From Candidatus Parcubacteria bacterium (GTDB lineage Bacteria; Patescibacteriota; Patescibacteriia; Magasanikbacterales; UBA922): a DNA stretch of 64,000 nucleotides. Shown piece after piece: positions 40,706-50,471 of this stretch (the first letter of the stretch is position 1; every line of letters starts with the position of its first letter). The stretch covers positions 187-64,186 of the forward strand of contig PKTJ01000066.1 of assembly GCA_002869205.1 (NCBI GenBank), written 5' to 3'. Made by a program: the position numbers and the translations under genes. A model generated the notes under the pieces. It was not told the DNA's origin. It made no database searches and saw only the letters and a program-made list of their open reading frames with translations.

Positions 40706-41680
40706 ATGAAGAAAACATATGTTGGTGCTTTGAGCATCATGCTCGCAGCTTTTTTGTGGGCGTTTGATGGTGTGGTTCTCACACCATGGATTATGAAATT
40801 GGGTCTCTATGACGTCCCAATTTTTGTTTTTATGTTCCACGCAGTAGGATCATTATTTTTGTCCTACTTTTTTATTACCAAGAGACAAGAACTAAAAAAG
40901 CTTGATTGGAAAGATTGGGGCGCATTTGTTTTGGTTGGTGTATTTGGAGGAGCGCTCGGAACCATGGGAATTGTTGGGGCAATTATTTTTGTACATAGTC
41001 ATCATCTAAATATTTCGGTTGTATTATTACTCCAAAAATTACAGCCTATTTTTGCTATTTTGCTTGCTATCTTAATTCTCAAAGAGCGTCCAAAGATACA
41101 ATTTTATGTACTGGCGGCTTTTGCATTGGTTGGTAGTTACTTTTTAACATTTGGATTTGGTATGCCAGATTTGAGTGCGGGTGGTATGTTGATACCTGCA
41201 CTTCTTGCGCTACTTGCTGCGTTTTCATTTGGTTCATCAACTGTATTTTCCAAACGTGCGATTACAAAGGTGAGTCACGGCACAGGAACTATGCTTAGAT
41301 TTTATATCACTACACTTGTCATGATTGTGATTATCGCAGCCGTGTCATTGTTGAAAGCTTTCGGGATGGAGATATCGTATGCAGGGTTTGGTGGATTTAG
41401 TATTGTTGGCTGGAAATTGATTGGTGCATTTGTTGTAGTTGCTCTAACAACAGGAATTTTTGGTATTTTTATCTATTATTATGGACTTAAGCGTATCATG
41501 GCTTCACGTTCGACTATTTACGAACTTATGTTTCCTGTAAGTTCTATCTTTCTTGAATGGCTCATTCATGACAAGACATTGAACATAGGGCAATGGTTTG
41601 GTACTATAGTACTGTTCACTGCAATGATTTTTATTGCACGTCTAAGTAAATCATATGAAAAAAACAGTGAAATTATATAA
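40706..41680 (+). CDS. EamA/DMT family transporter
   Basis: About 10 TM helices, LQPIFAILLAILILKER, GSSTVFSK. Confidence 0.88.
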   Translation: MKKTYVGALSIMLAAFLWAFDGVVLTPWIMKLGLYDVPIFVFMFHAVGSLFLSYFFITKRQELKKLDWKDWGAFVLVGVFGGALGTMGIVGAIIFVHSHHLNISVVLLLQKLQPIFAILLAILILKERPKIQFYVLAAFALVGSYFLTFGFGMPDLSAGGMLIPALLALLAAFSFGSSTVFSKRAITKVSHGTGTMLRFYITTLVMIVIIAAVSLLKAFGMEISYAGFGGFSIVGWKLIGAFVVVALTTGIFGIFIYYYGLKRIMASRSTIYELMFPVSSIFLEWLIHDKTLNIGQWFGTIVLFTAMIFIARLSKSYEKNSEII

Positions 41681-42128
41681 TGTATTTTTTCCAATCTATG
41701 TAATGGTTTTTTTTCCACCAATAATTTTTTTGGTACTCATTGGGAACTTTGTAATTGACGCGGTTGTCATAGTGTCTGTTCTTTATTTCAGTAAAGCATT
41801 GTCTACTATAAAGCATAAAAGAAAATACATTACAAAGGCTTGGGGCTATGGTTTTTTGGCGGATATTTGTGCGGCGTTGCTTTTGCTTGTGCTAGAATGG
41901 GCTGGTCTTGTATATTCTTACAAACCATTTGAATCAGTATCTAACGTAATGTTTATATTTTTTGCTATTGTTGTTGGCGGTGTGTTTGTTGGAATATTCA
42001 ATTATAGATTAGCTCTTCGAAATGGTCTTAATAAAAAGATTGCTTTGCGTCAAGCATTGTTTATGGGGATTATTACTGCACCATGGATGTTTTTATTACC
42101 TCTAAGTTTATTTGGTTTTAATATTTGA
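41655..42128 (+). CDS. Hypothetical membrane protein
   Basis: Four hydrophobic segments; YNVFFP...ITAPW. Confidence 0.7.
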   Translation: MKKTVKLYNVFFPIYVMVFFPPIIFLVLIGNFVIDAVVIVSVLYFSKALSTIKHKRKYITKAWGYGFLADICAALLLLVLEWAGLVYSYKPFESVSNVMFIFFAIVVGGVFVGIFNYRLALRNGLNKKIALRQALFMGIITAPWMFLLPLSLFGFNI

Positions 42129-42129
42129 T

Positions 42130-43233
42130 ATGAAAATAGGGATAGACGCATCACGAGCTAATGAAACACAAAAGACCGGTGTAGGTTGGTATGCTTATCA
42201 TGTGATACAAGAATTGAAAAAACAAACACCTCGCGATGTCGAGGTTGTTTTGTATACGAATAAACCACTTCAAGGTGACCTTGCTGACTTGCCAAGTGGA
42301 TGGACACAAAAAGTACTCAAATGGTCACCAAAAAGATTGTGGACGCAGGTGAGGTTGAGTTGGGAGATGTTATTACATCGACCAGATGTTTTGTTTATTC
42401 CAGCTCATGTGTTCCCATTGATTCATCCCAAGAAAACAGTAATGACAGTGCATGATATTGCAGCTATAACATTTCCTGGGAGCTATAGTTGGTTTGAGAG
42501 GTGGTACAGTGTGTGGTCTGCACGCGTAGCTTTGAAAAAGTTATGGAAAATAATTACGCCGTCAGAGTTTACGAAGAGTGAGTTAGAAAGTTTAAAAGTT
42601 AGAAAGTTTAAAAGTGATAAAATTCATGTGATTCATCATGGGTATGATAAGAGGTATAGTGAGAATGAGAATAAGGTTGAGATTGAAAAGGCGTTAGACA
42701 AGTACGGATTGAAGAAACCATTTCTCATGAGTATTGGTCGTCTTGAAGAAAAGAAAAACACGGTAAGAATTATCAAAGCATTTGAGAAATTACGGCTTAC
42801 GACTGAAAACTTGCAGCTCATTCTTATCGGTAATCCAGGTCATGGTTATGACAAAGTGAAAAAGGTGATTGACAATTCAAAATATAAAGAGGATATTATT
42901 ACACCTGGTTGGGTAGACAATAATGATCTACCAATCTTGATGAGCGGTGCAGAAGTATTTGTTTTCCCGAGTCTCTATGAAGGGTTTGGAATCCCTGTAC
43001 TTGAATCCCTGGCAAGTGGCACACCTGTCGTTACCTCAAAAGGTAGTTGTCTAGAAGAAGTTGGTGGAGACGTGTGTATATATGTTGATCCAGCCGATGT
43101 TGATAGTATTGTGCATGGTATTTCAGACGCTTTTGATGCATCAGAGATTAGAATTCAACAGGGCTTGAAACATACAGAAGGTTTTTCGTGGGAAAAGTGT
43201 GCTAAAAAGACACTTGAGACATTATTGTCTTGA
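42130..43233 (+). CDS. Glycosyltransferase family 4
   Basis: TGVGWY, TVHDI, FPSLYEGFGIPVLE. Confidence 0.92.
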   Translation: MKIGIDASRANETQKTGVGWYAYHVIQELKKQTPRDVEVVLYTNKPLQGDLADLPSGWTQKVLKWSPKRLWTQVRLSWEMLLHRPDVLFIPAHVFPLIHPKKTVMTVHDIAAITFPGSYSWFERWYSVWSARVALKKLWKIITPSEFTKSELESLKVRKFKSDKIHVIHHGYDKRYSENENKVEIEKALDKYGLKKPFLMSIGRLEEKKNTVRIIKAFEKLRLTTENLQLILIGNPGHGYDKVKKVIDNSKYKEDIITPGWVDNNDLPILMSGAEVFVFPSLYEGFGIPVLESLASGTPVVTSKGSCLEEVGGDVCIYVDPADVDSIVHGISDAFDASEIRIQQGLKHTEGFSWEKCAKKTLETLLS

Positions 43234-43262
43234 GGTTAAAATTATGCTATCCTTAGACATAT

Positions 43263-44156
43263 ATGTCAGATATCATAGGTCATCAGAGAATCCTACAATT
43301 TTTCGATTCGGTCATAACGCATGGTAATTTGAGTCATGCATATTGTTTTGTAGGTCCAAAATCTGTTGGTAAGAAGGCTGTTGCCGAACGTCTGGCGTCT
43401 CAGATTTTGAATATTGATTATAATAAATTATACACCTCTCCAGATTTTAGTCTGGTAGAGCGTTCAATAAACGAAAAGACAGGTAAGACTCGAAAAGATA
43501 TTAGTATCGATCAAATTCGTAATTTAATTTCTATACTTTCTCAAAGTGCGTTTGCAAAAGATGGTTACAAGGTTGCAGTTGTCGATGAAGCGGATATCAT
43601 GAGTGTGGGTGCATCAAATGCATTACTCAAGACACTCGAAGAACCAAAAAAGAATACTGTACTTTTTATTATTACAGACGACGAATCAAAATTATTACCA
43701 ACGATCCAGTCCAGGTGTCAGATGATTTATTTTTCACCTGTTGCAAATAAGGAGATTCAAAAACACATGAAAGATGGTAGTACTGATGAAATTATTGAGT
43801 GTGCACATGGATTACCGGGAAAAGCAATTACTTGGAGTCGGGACGCAGGTAATTTTCAAGAATATAAACATGAGGTAAGTCGTTTCCAAAGTTTGTTTGG
43901 AAAAAACTTTTATGAAAAATTGGCACTAGTGGAGGAACTGTTTGGAGACAAAACTGATCACATATTAGCAAGAAGTCGTCTACAAGAAGTGCTAAATATT
44001 TGGCAGATAGAATTGCATAACAGTATCAAGCAAGAAAAAATTGCTGCACAAAATTTTGTTCAGATTAGTAAGAACATCAAACAAGCACGTACGTTACTTG
44101 GAAAAAACGTACATCCACGACTTTTGGTTGAACACATTTTATTACAATTACCATAG
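43263..44156 (+). CDS. holB: DNA polymerase III delta-prime subunit
   Basis: HAYCFVG, ASNALLKTLEEP, LLPTIQSRC. Confidence 0.88.
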   Translation: MSDIIGHQRILQFFDSVITHGNLSHAYCFVGPKSVGKKAVAERLASQILNIDYNKLYTSPDFSLVERSINEKTGKTRKDISIDQIRNLISILSQSAFAKDGYKVAVVDEADIMSVGASNALLKTLEEPKKNTVLFIITDDESKLLPTIQSRCQMIYFSPVANKEIQKHMKDGSTDEIIECAHGLPGKAITWSRDAGNFQEYKHEVSRFQSLFGKNFYEKLALVEELFGDKTDHILARSRLQEVLNIWQIELHNSIKQEKIAAQNFVQISKNIKQARTLLGKNVHPRLLVEHILLQLP

Positions 44157-44250
44157 GTCAGTTATAAGTCATAAGCTGTAAGTCGTAGTTTCCAATATCG
44201 ATATTTAATCTAAGGCTTACAGCTTAATATTTATAACTTATAACTTTTAT
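44157..44250. repeat. Inverted 7-nt tandem arrays (TAAG(T/C)-like units)
   Basis: GTTATAAGTCATAAGCTGTAAGTC ... GGCTTACAGCTTA...TTATAACTTATAAC. Confidence 0.6.
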
Positions 44251-44252
44251 AT

Positions 44253-45335
44253 ATGAGAAAATATCTTATATCATTTTCCCTTGTATTTGCTGTTCTGTTG
44301 TTTACGGGGCAGAGTTGTGTCTTGGGACAAGATAATAAACCAAAGACTACTGGTCCTGCTGGTATGTTTGTTAGTGTTGATAAAGGTGAGACCTGGAAGG
44401 TCATTTCATCTATGCCTACTGTTGAGGGTGTAAAACAACTTACTAGTGTGAATGTCTATAGAGTCATAGAGGATCCTCAGGATCCAAAAGCTCTCTATTG
44501 GGCATCACGTGCCAATGGATTGTTCTATAGTTTTGATGATGGTAAGTCTTGGCAACGGCCAAGTGCTCCGGTGAACAGTTCGTTTATCTATGATGTAGCA
44601 ATTCATCCAGAAGATAGATGTACTATATATACGACTAAAGCACGTATTGTGTACAAAACTGAAGATTGTGGTCGTTCATGGGAAGAGGTGTATCAAGAGG
44701 GTAGACCAGCTGATATTATTACTTCAGTATCTTTTGATCCTCATGATTCACACCATATTTATCTTACTGAAACAAATGGAGATTTGCTCAAAAGTACAGA
44801 TCTAGGTAAGACGTGGTCAGTGGTGAATCGTTTTGGTGTATATGTGCGTGATGTTGAGTTCGATCCAAATAAAAATGATTTGATGTATGTCGTGACACGA
44901 GAAAAAGGACTGCGTCGTTCTAGAGACGGAGGAGCGACTTGGGAAGATCTCTCGGAAAAACTCAAGGTGTACCCTGGTTCACTTACGTATAGAAGATTTC
45001 TTGTGTATCCTAGCAACCCAGACCAAATTTATTGGGTTTCAAAATATGGTGTACTTATGTCACGTAACGCAGGGGATGACTGGGAACCTATTAATCTTGT
45101 GACGCCTCCAGGAAGTGTAGATATTTATGGATTTACCGTGAGTCCGCTCAATGATAAGGAAATATATTACACAGGTAGTATTGATTACAAATCTACATTC
45201 TATCGTAGTATGGACGGTGGTCAAACATGGGAAACACGCAGACTTCCTTCTGGACAATTGCCTACAGAGCTTCGTGCACATGGTGAGAATGATGGATGGT
45301 TGTATCTTGGATTTACCAATCCTGCATCTATTTAA
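44253..45335 (+). CDS. Lipoprotein with BNR/Asp-box beta-propeller
   Basis: Signal peptide ending FTGQSC; repeated SxDxGxTW motifs. Confidence 0.85.
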   Translation: MRKYLISFSLVFAVLLFTGQSCVLGQDNKPKTTGPAGMFVSVDKGETWKVISSMPTVEGVKQLTSVNVYRVIEDPQDPKALYWASRANGLFYSFDDGKSWQRPSAPVNSSFIYDVAIHPEDRCTIYTTKARIVYKTEDCGRSWEEVYQEGRPADIITSVSFDPHDSHHIYLTETNGDLLKSTDLGKTWSVVNRFGVYVRDVEFDPNKNDLMYVVTREKGLRRSRDGGATWEDLSEKLKVYPGSLTYRRFLVYPSNPDQIYWVSKYGVLMSRNAGDDWEPINLVTPPGSVDIYGFTVSPLNDKEIYYTGSIDYKSTFYRSMDGGQTWETRRLPSGQLPTELRAHGENDGWLYLGFTNPASI

Positions 45336-45383
45336 CTAGGACTAGTCGTAAAATTATTTGTTTGGATTTTGCTTTTTGTAACT

Positions 45384-45430
45384 AACCCCACCCGTTCCCT
45401 CCCCTAATAGGGGAGGGTCAGGGAGGGGTG
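45384..45430. repeat. Palindromic miniature repeat family A, copy 3
   Basis: AACCCCACCCGTTCCCTCCCCTAATAGGGGAGGGTCAGGGAGGGGTG. Confidence 0.85.
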
Positions 45431-45480
45431 TAATAGCTGAGAAGCAGATTATCTGATTTATTATTAACACATAGTATTGT

Positions 45481-46032
45481 ATGGATTTAATCGCACCACA
45501 TAAGGAGCAGTTTGAAAAAACTATTGAACACTTACGATCTGAAATTTCTGGATTACGTACCGGTCGTGCAACACCTGCGCTTGTCGAAGATATTGTTGTT
45601 GAAGCATATGGTGTCAAACAACAGCTCAAAGCAGTTGCGTCTATTGCCGTTGCTGATGCCAAAACACTTACGGTTGATCCGTGGGACAAAGGCCTTATCC
45701 AGTCAGTTGAGTCAGCTATTAGCCATTCTGATTTGGGGATTAATCCGGTGAATGATGGCAAACTTATTCGTCTACCATTACCTGAACTAACTCAGGATCG
45801 TCGTCAAGAGCTTATCAAAGTTTTACACAAGAAATTAGAAGAGGCACGTGTGGCTATTCGTAAAATTAGAGAAGAAGCACGAAAAGAAATTGATAACAAA
45901 GAGAAAGCAAAAGAAATTGGAGAAGATGAAAAATATAATTTACAAGATGATTTAGATAAGGTAGTCAAAAGTTACAATGAAAAAGCAAAAGAAATTGGAG
46001 ATGAAAAGGAGAAAGAGATAACTACTGTGTAG
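45481..46032 (+). CDS. frr: Ribosome recycling factor
   Basis: LRTGRATP, LGINPVNDG, PELTQDRR. Confidence 0.96.
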   Translation: MDLIAPHKEQFEKTIEHLRSEISGLRTGRATPALVEDIVVEAYGVKQQLKAVASIAVADAKTLTVDPWDKGLIQSVESAISHSDLGINPVNDGKLIRLPLPELTQDRRQELIKVLHKKLEEARVAIRKIREEARKEIDNKEKAKEIGEDEKYNLQDDLDKVVKSYNEKAKEIGDEKEKEITTV

Positions 46033-46033
46033 T

Positions 46034-46069
46034 GAGATTCGGATTTCCAGATAATTCAGATTTACGGAT
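46034..46069. repeat. Repeat family B, copy 4
   Basis: GAGATTCGGATTTCCAGATAATTCAGATTTACGGAT fills the frr-dtd spacer. Confidence 0.8.
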
Positions 46070-46507
46070 ATGAAAATTATACTACAGCGAGTAACACAAT
46101 CTCAGGTTGATGTAGATAATCAAACCGTTGGAAAAATTTCTAACGGTTTCTTGGTCTTACTTGGTGTAGGTCAAGGAGATACAACTCTTCATGCAGGTAG
46201 TTTGGTTGAAAAGATAATAAAATTGAGAATCTTTGAAGATGAAGATGGAAAAATGAATAAAGATATTACAGAAGTGGGTGGTGAAATGTTGGTTGTGTCC
46301 CAATTTACATTGTATGCAAATTGTAAAAAAGGGAATAGACCTAGTTTCGTAGAAGCTGCACCGCCAGATGAAGCAAAAAAACTATACGAATATTTTGTTA
46401 AAAAAATAAAAGAAAAGGGCATAAGTGTTGCGACGGGTCAGTTTGCAGCACATATGTATGTAGAGCTTGTCAATGACGGGCCTGTCACATTAATTTTAGA
46501 ATCTTAA
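46070..46507 (+). CDS. dtd: D-aminoacyl-tRNA deacylase
   Basis: SQFTL, GNRPSF, NDGPVT. Confidence 0.96.
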   Translation: MKIILQRVTQSQVDVDNQTVGKISNGFLVLLGVGQGDTTLHAGSLVEKIIKLRIFEDEDGKMNKDITEVGGEMLVVSQFTLYANCKKGNRPSFVEAAPPDEAKKLYEYFVKKIKEKGISVATGQFAAHMYVELVNDGPVTLILES

Positions 46508-46512
46508 TTTTT

Positions 46513-47085
46513 ATGAAAAAAACAATCGTACTCATAGGGGTTTTATTTGCAGTGACTTTTATTTTTACCGGTTGTACAAAAACTGATGTAGAAAATGATC
46601 TTGAACAGTCGCGTGAAGGAGAAGAACTTATGACACAAGATGAAGCTGATGTATTGCACCAGGAAGACCAAGAATTTCAAGAAGACTATATGCGTGAACT
46701 CGCTGACGCGACAGAGGAAAAACATCTTGATGAATCTATTGCGCTCATCGATGAGCTCGAAGATGGGTATGCAAAGAAAAAAGAAGGTGGCCACGCAAAA
46801 GGAAGTTGTGATGCAATTGCCGAGAGTTCTACATGTATGGAATATTATGGATCTTTCTGGAATGAAGCAGAGATGAAATTACACTGTTCTGATTCTGGTA
46901 CGTTTTCATTTGATGGATGTCCTTCTGACATGTCGGGTGGGTGTAATACTGGCACTGGTACTTCAGCAGACATGGTTGCGTGGATGTATACACGTGGTGG
47001 CGGGGGTATTACCGTAGAGTCTCTCAAATATGCCAAAATGGCGTGTGATGCAACGATGGCATCGCAGTGGATCATGACTAAATAG
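46513..47085 (+). CDS. Lipoprotein with acidic linker and Cys-rich C-terminal domain
   Basis: FTGC lipobox; six further Cys in the C-terminal half. Confidence 0.75.
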   Translation: MKKTIVLIGVLFAVTFIFTGCTKTDVENDLEQSREGEELMTQDEADVLHQEDQEFQEDYMRELADATEEKHLDESIALIDELEDGYAKKKEGGHAKGSCDAIAESSTCMEYYGSFWNEAEMKLHCSDSGTFSFDGCPSDMSGGCNTGTGTSADMVAWMYTRGGGGITVESLKYAKMACDATMASQWIMTK

Positions 47086-47103
47086 GTTGTCATCGATTAT
47101 GAT

Positions 47104-48417
47104 ATGCCAAAAAAAGCTTCTAAAGAAAGAAAAACAATTTTTGACACTACAGATCTTGAGATAACTAAGGAAATCAAAAAAGCCTTGGGTATAATGGAAA
47201 ATACCAGAGACAATGTGTATGTGACAGGGAAAGCTGGAACAGGTAAGTCTACGCTGCTTAAGCATTTTTGTAATAACACGACAAAAAATATTGCCATAGT
47301 GGCACCAACTGGCGTGTCTGCTATTAACGTTGAAGGAGTGACGATTCATTCCTTTTTTAAATTTCCTTTTGGAATACTCGAGGAAAAAGATGTTGAATAT
47401 CATTTTTTCAAGCAGGATATTTTTAAAAATTTACAGACATTGGTTATAGACGAGGTTTCTATGATTCGATCAGACTTAATGAATGCGATAGACCTCGCAC
47501 TGCGAAAAAATACTGGAAAGAAAAATCTTCCATTTGGTGGAGTACAGGTTGTTATGTTTGGCGATCTTTATCAGTTGCCACCGGTGGTAACGAGCAGAGA
47601 AGAGCGAGATTATCTAAAAGAAACATTTGGAGGAATATATTTTTTTTATGCACCAGTTTTTAAAAAGATGAAGCTTAAGAAAATTAATTTGACCAAAATC
47701 TTTCGACAAAAGGACGATAAAAAATTTGTACAACTTTTGAATAGTATTCGTGAAAAAAAAGTATCAACACAAGATTTGAAAAATATCAACGAACGCGTAG
47801 TACCTTACAATAAGAAAAAAGAACCAGCCATAGTGTTGGCTACGGTAAATAAAACTGTAGATAATATCAATGAAGAAAAATTAGCGCAGATAAAACAAAA
47901 AGAATATACATTTCACCACACATTAACAGGAGATTTTGATGAAAAAAAGTCACCAGCTGATACTGAGCTGAAGTTAAAGAAAGGTGCTCAGATAATGATG
48001 ATTAGAAATGATAACCAAATACCACGTCGTTGGGCCAACGGCACTCTTGGTACAGTCACTACATTGTCAAAAGATAGAATTGTAGTAACAATTGGGGTAG
48101 AAAAATATGAGATAGAAAAAGCAACTTGGGATGATATGGAATATGAGTATGATGAAGAGGAAAAGATAATTGATCGTTTTTCAAAAGGTTCTTTTATACA
48201 ATATCCTCTCAAGCTTGCATGGGCGGTGACCATACACAAGAGTCAGGGTAAAACTTTTGATCGTGTTATTTTGGATTTGGGGCGCGGTGCGTTTACCCAT
48301 GGTCAAACGTATGTTGCATTTAGTAGGTGTACCACTCTTGATGAGATTTATCTCAAACAACCTGTGAGATTTTCAGATATTATTTTGGATAGCGAAGTAA
48401 AGGAATTTCATGAATAA
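47104..48417 (+). CDS. Pif1/RecD-like SF1B helicase
   Basis: GKAGTGKS, DEVSM, GDLYQLPPV, LAWAVTIHKSQG, YVAFSR. Confidence 0.9.
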   Translation: MPKKASKERKTIFDTTDLEITKEIKKALGIMENTRDNVYVTGKAGTGKSTLLKHFCNNTTKNIAIVAPTGVSAINVEGVTIHSFFKFPFGILEEKDVEYHFFKQDIFKNLQTLVIDEVSMIRSDLMNAIDLALRKNTGKKNLPFGGVQVVMFGDLYQLPPVVTSREERDYLKETFGGIYFFYAPVFKKMKLKKINLTKIFRQKDDKKFVQLLNSIREKKVSTQDLKNINERVVPYNKKKEPAIVLATVNKTVDNINEEKLAQIKQKEYTFHHTLTGDFDEKKSPADTELKLKKGAQIMMIRNDNQIPRRWANGTLGTVTTLSKDRIVVTIGVEKYEIEKATWDDMEYEYDEEEKIIDRFSKGSFIQYPLKLAWAVTIHKSQGKTFDRVILDLGRGAFTHGQTYVAFSRCTTLDEIYLKQPVRFSDIILDSEVKEFHE

Positions 48418-48458
48418 TGTGGCTTGACATATACATTGTTTTTAAGTACCATAGATAT

Positions 48459-48592
48459 ATCATTTATGAAACATATATGGCGTATGTGGAGATGATACAA
48501 ATCTAACGAGAGATCTGGCAACCAGTCAGATAACTTGGGTGGAACCCCCCGACGCACATCGGGGCCCGAGACCGTTTTTATGGTCTTTTTTT
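48459..48592 (+). promoter_or_regulatory. Compact glycine T-box riboswitch with intrinsic terminator
   Basis: Antiterminator CTTGGG-TGGAACC-CCCCGA-cgcaca-TCGGGG-CCCGAG; overlapping AGACC/GGTCT terminator with T run; K-turn stem with GGC in the loop; promoter TTGACA(48424)-N17-TACCAT. Confidence 0.8.
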
Positions 48593-48637
48593 AATGTAAC
48601 ATATCAGGTATAATTAACATACACATAATATAAATAT

Positions 48638-49948
48638 ATGACTTTAGATAGTTTAGAACCAGTCGTTTCTTTAGCAAAACGTCGTGGTTTTATTTTTCCT
48701 GGATCAGACATCTACGGAGGGCTTGCTAATAGTTGGGACTATGGTCCTCTTGGTGCACAAATGCGCATGAATATTAAGACTGACTGGTGGAAGAAAATTG
48801 TAGAACAGCGCGCAGACATGGTTGGGCTTGATGGTGCCATCATGATGAACCCAAAAGTATGGGAAGCAAGTGGACACGTGGACACGTTTAATGATCCTTT
48901 GGTGGAATGTAAGAAATGTAACAAGCGTTTCCGAGCTGATACTATGACAGGTGAAGAAAAATGTCTCAAAGGAAAAGATCATGAACTGTCAGAACCACGC
49001 ACTTTTAATCTCATGTTTCAGACAAGTCTCGGGAAGACAGGAGAAGACAAAGGAATGGTGTATCTTCGTCCCGAAACAGCTCAAGCAATGTTTGTAAATT
49101 TTAAACATGTATTAGATACAACACGCAAACGTCTGCCATTTGGTATCGCTCAGATTGGAAAAGCATTTCGTAATGAAATTACGCCAGGTAATTTCACGTT
49201 TCGTACGCTTGAATTTGAACAGATGGAAATTGAATATTTTCTTGAGGAAGAAGATTGGAAAGAATCTTTTGAGTCGTGGGCAAATTGGATGGAAGAATGG
49301 GCAGCGTCAGTTGGTATCAATCCAGACATGCTACATCGCTTAGAAGTTCCCGAGGAAGAGCTTGCACATTATTCCAAACGTACGCTCGATTTTGAATTTG
49401 ATTTTCCATTTGGAACAAAAGAATTGTGGGGCCTTGCATATCGCACTGATTTTGATTTGAAAAATCATGAAAAACATTCAGGAGAATCTCTCGTATATTC
49501 TGATCCGGCTGACAATAAGAGAAAAGTAGTGCCGCATGTGGTAGAGCCAACATTTGGTGTTGATCGTACACTTCTAGCAATGCTTGTGAGTGCGTATAGT
49601 GAAGAAGAAGTAAAAGATGGTGACACACGTGTGGTAATGCAATTCAAACCACATATGGCACCATATCACATTGCGGTATTACCGTTATCAAAAAAAGAAG
49701 AGCTTTCAGGTGTAACACACGAAATTTTTGAAGATCTCATAAAGACATATCGATGTGAGTATGATGACACCGGAAGTATTGGTAAGCGTTATCGTCGTCA
49801 AGACGAAATTGGTACACCATATTGTGTTACGGTTGACTTTGACTCACTCGAGGACAAGGCAGTGACTGTACGTGACCGTGATACTATGGAACAGGAGAGG
49901 ATCTCTATTGAAGAGTTAAAAAATTATTTTGAAAATAAATTTAATTAA
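48638..49948 (+). CDS. glyQS: Glycine-tRNA ligase (homodimeric type)
   Basis: KRRGFIF, LRPETAQ, FRNEITP, EFEQME, RYRRQDEIGTP. Confidence 0.96.
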   Translation: MTLDSLEPVVSLAKRRGFIFPGSDIYGGLANSWDYGPLGAQMRMNIKTDWWKKIVEQRADMVGLDGAIMMNPKVWEASGHVDTFNDPLVECKKCNKRFRADTMTGEEKCLKGKDHELSEPRTFNLMFQTSLGKTGEDKGMVYLRPETAQAMFVNFKHVLDTTRKRLPFGIAQIGKAFRNEITPGNFTFRTLEFEQMEIEYFLEEEDWKESFESWANWMEEWAASVGINPDMLHRLEVPEEELAHYSKRTLDFEFDFPFGTKELWGLAYRTDFDLKNHEKHSGESLVYSDPADNKRKVVPHVVEPTFGVDRTLLAMLVSAYSEEEVKDGDTRVVMQFKPHMAPYHIAVLPLSKKEELSGVTHEIFEDLIKTYRCEYDDTGSIGKRYRRQDEIGTPYCVTVDFDSLEDKAVTVRDRDTMEQERISIEELKNYFENKFN

Positions 49949-49968
49949 ATTTAATATTTTTGTTGCGT

Positions 49969-50454
49969 ATGGGTGGTGTGGGATTTGGAAAAACAAGAGA
50001 AATAAATAGAACAATAGTAGAAGATGATACGCTAGATACAGAGCCCTGTACTCTTGGCGGAGCGTCTTTGTCACAAGAAGAAAGTTCACCTGATGTGTCT
50101 TCACACGAAGTAGTTACACAGGAGCACGATATCCCAACATCTATTGAAAAAGCGAAAAAGCAGAAAGAGGAATTCGAGTGTGCTTTTAAGAAAGAATTTC
50201 CAACAATGTTTGAAGGTAGAGAGAGAACGGTCTTTGATTGTATTCAGATGTTTGTGGATCAAGATGGTGCTGGTAATCATGAGTTCAAAAAAAGAGGTGA
50301 ACTTACGAAAGCAGACTTGGATAGACGAGAGGAATATGAAAGTGATCTTCTTGAAATATATAAGAGTGGGAGAGGGAGAGATTATGAAGATGCACTTCTA
50401 GAATATCAAGGTATAATCCTTTGTTTGAGAGATTTAACTACTCGAAAGAAATAA
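49969..50454 (+). CDS. Hypothetical acidic protein
   Basis: ORF fills the gap after glyQS. Confidence 0.55.
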   Translation: MGGVGFGKTREINRTIVEDDTLDTEPCTLGGASLSQEESSPDVSSHEVVTQEHDIPTSIEKAKKQKEEFECAFKKEFPTMFEGRERTVFDCIQMFVDQDGAGNHEFKKRGELTKADLDRREEYESDLLEIYKSGRGRDYEDALLEYQGIILCLRDLTTRKK

Positions 50455-50471
50455 TCTTTAATATAACACAT

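Noticed and set aside
45354-45761. Minus-strand ORF containing PLPDPPLLGEG
   Set aside because: Antisense to frr plus a translation of repeat family A.
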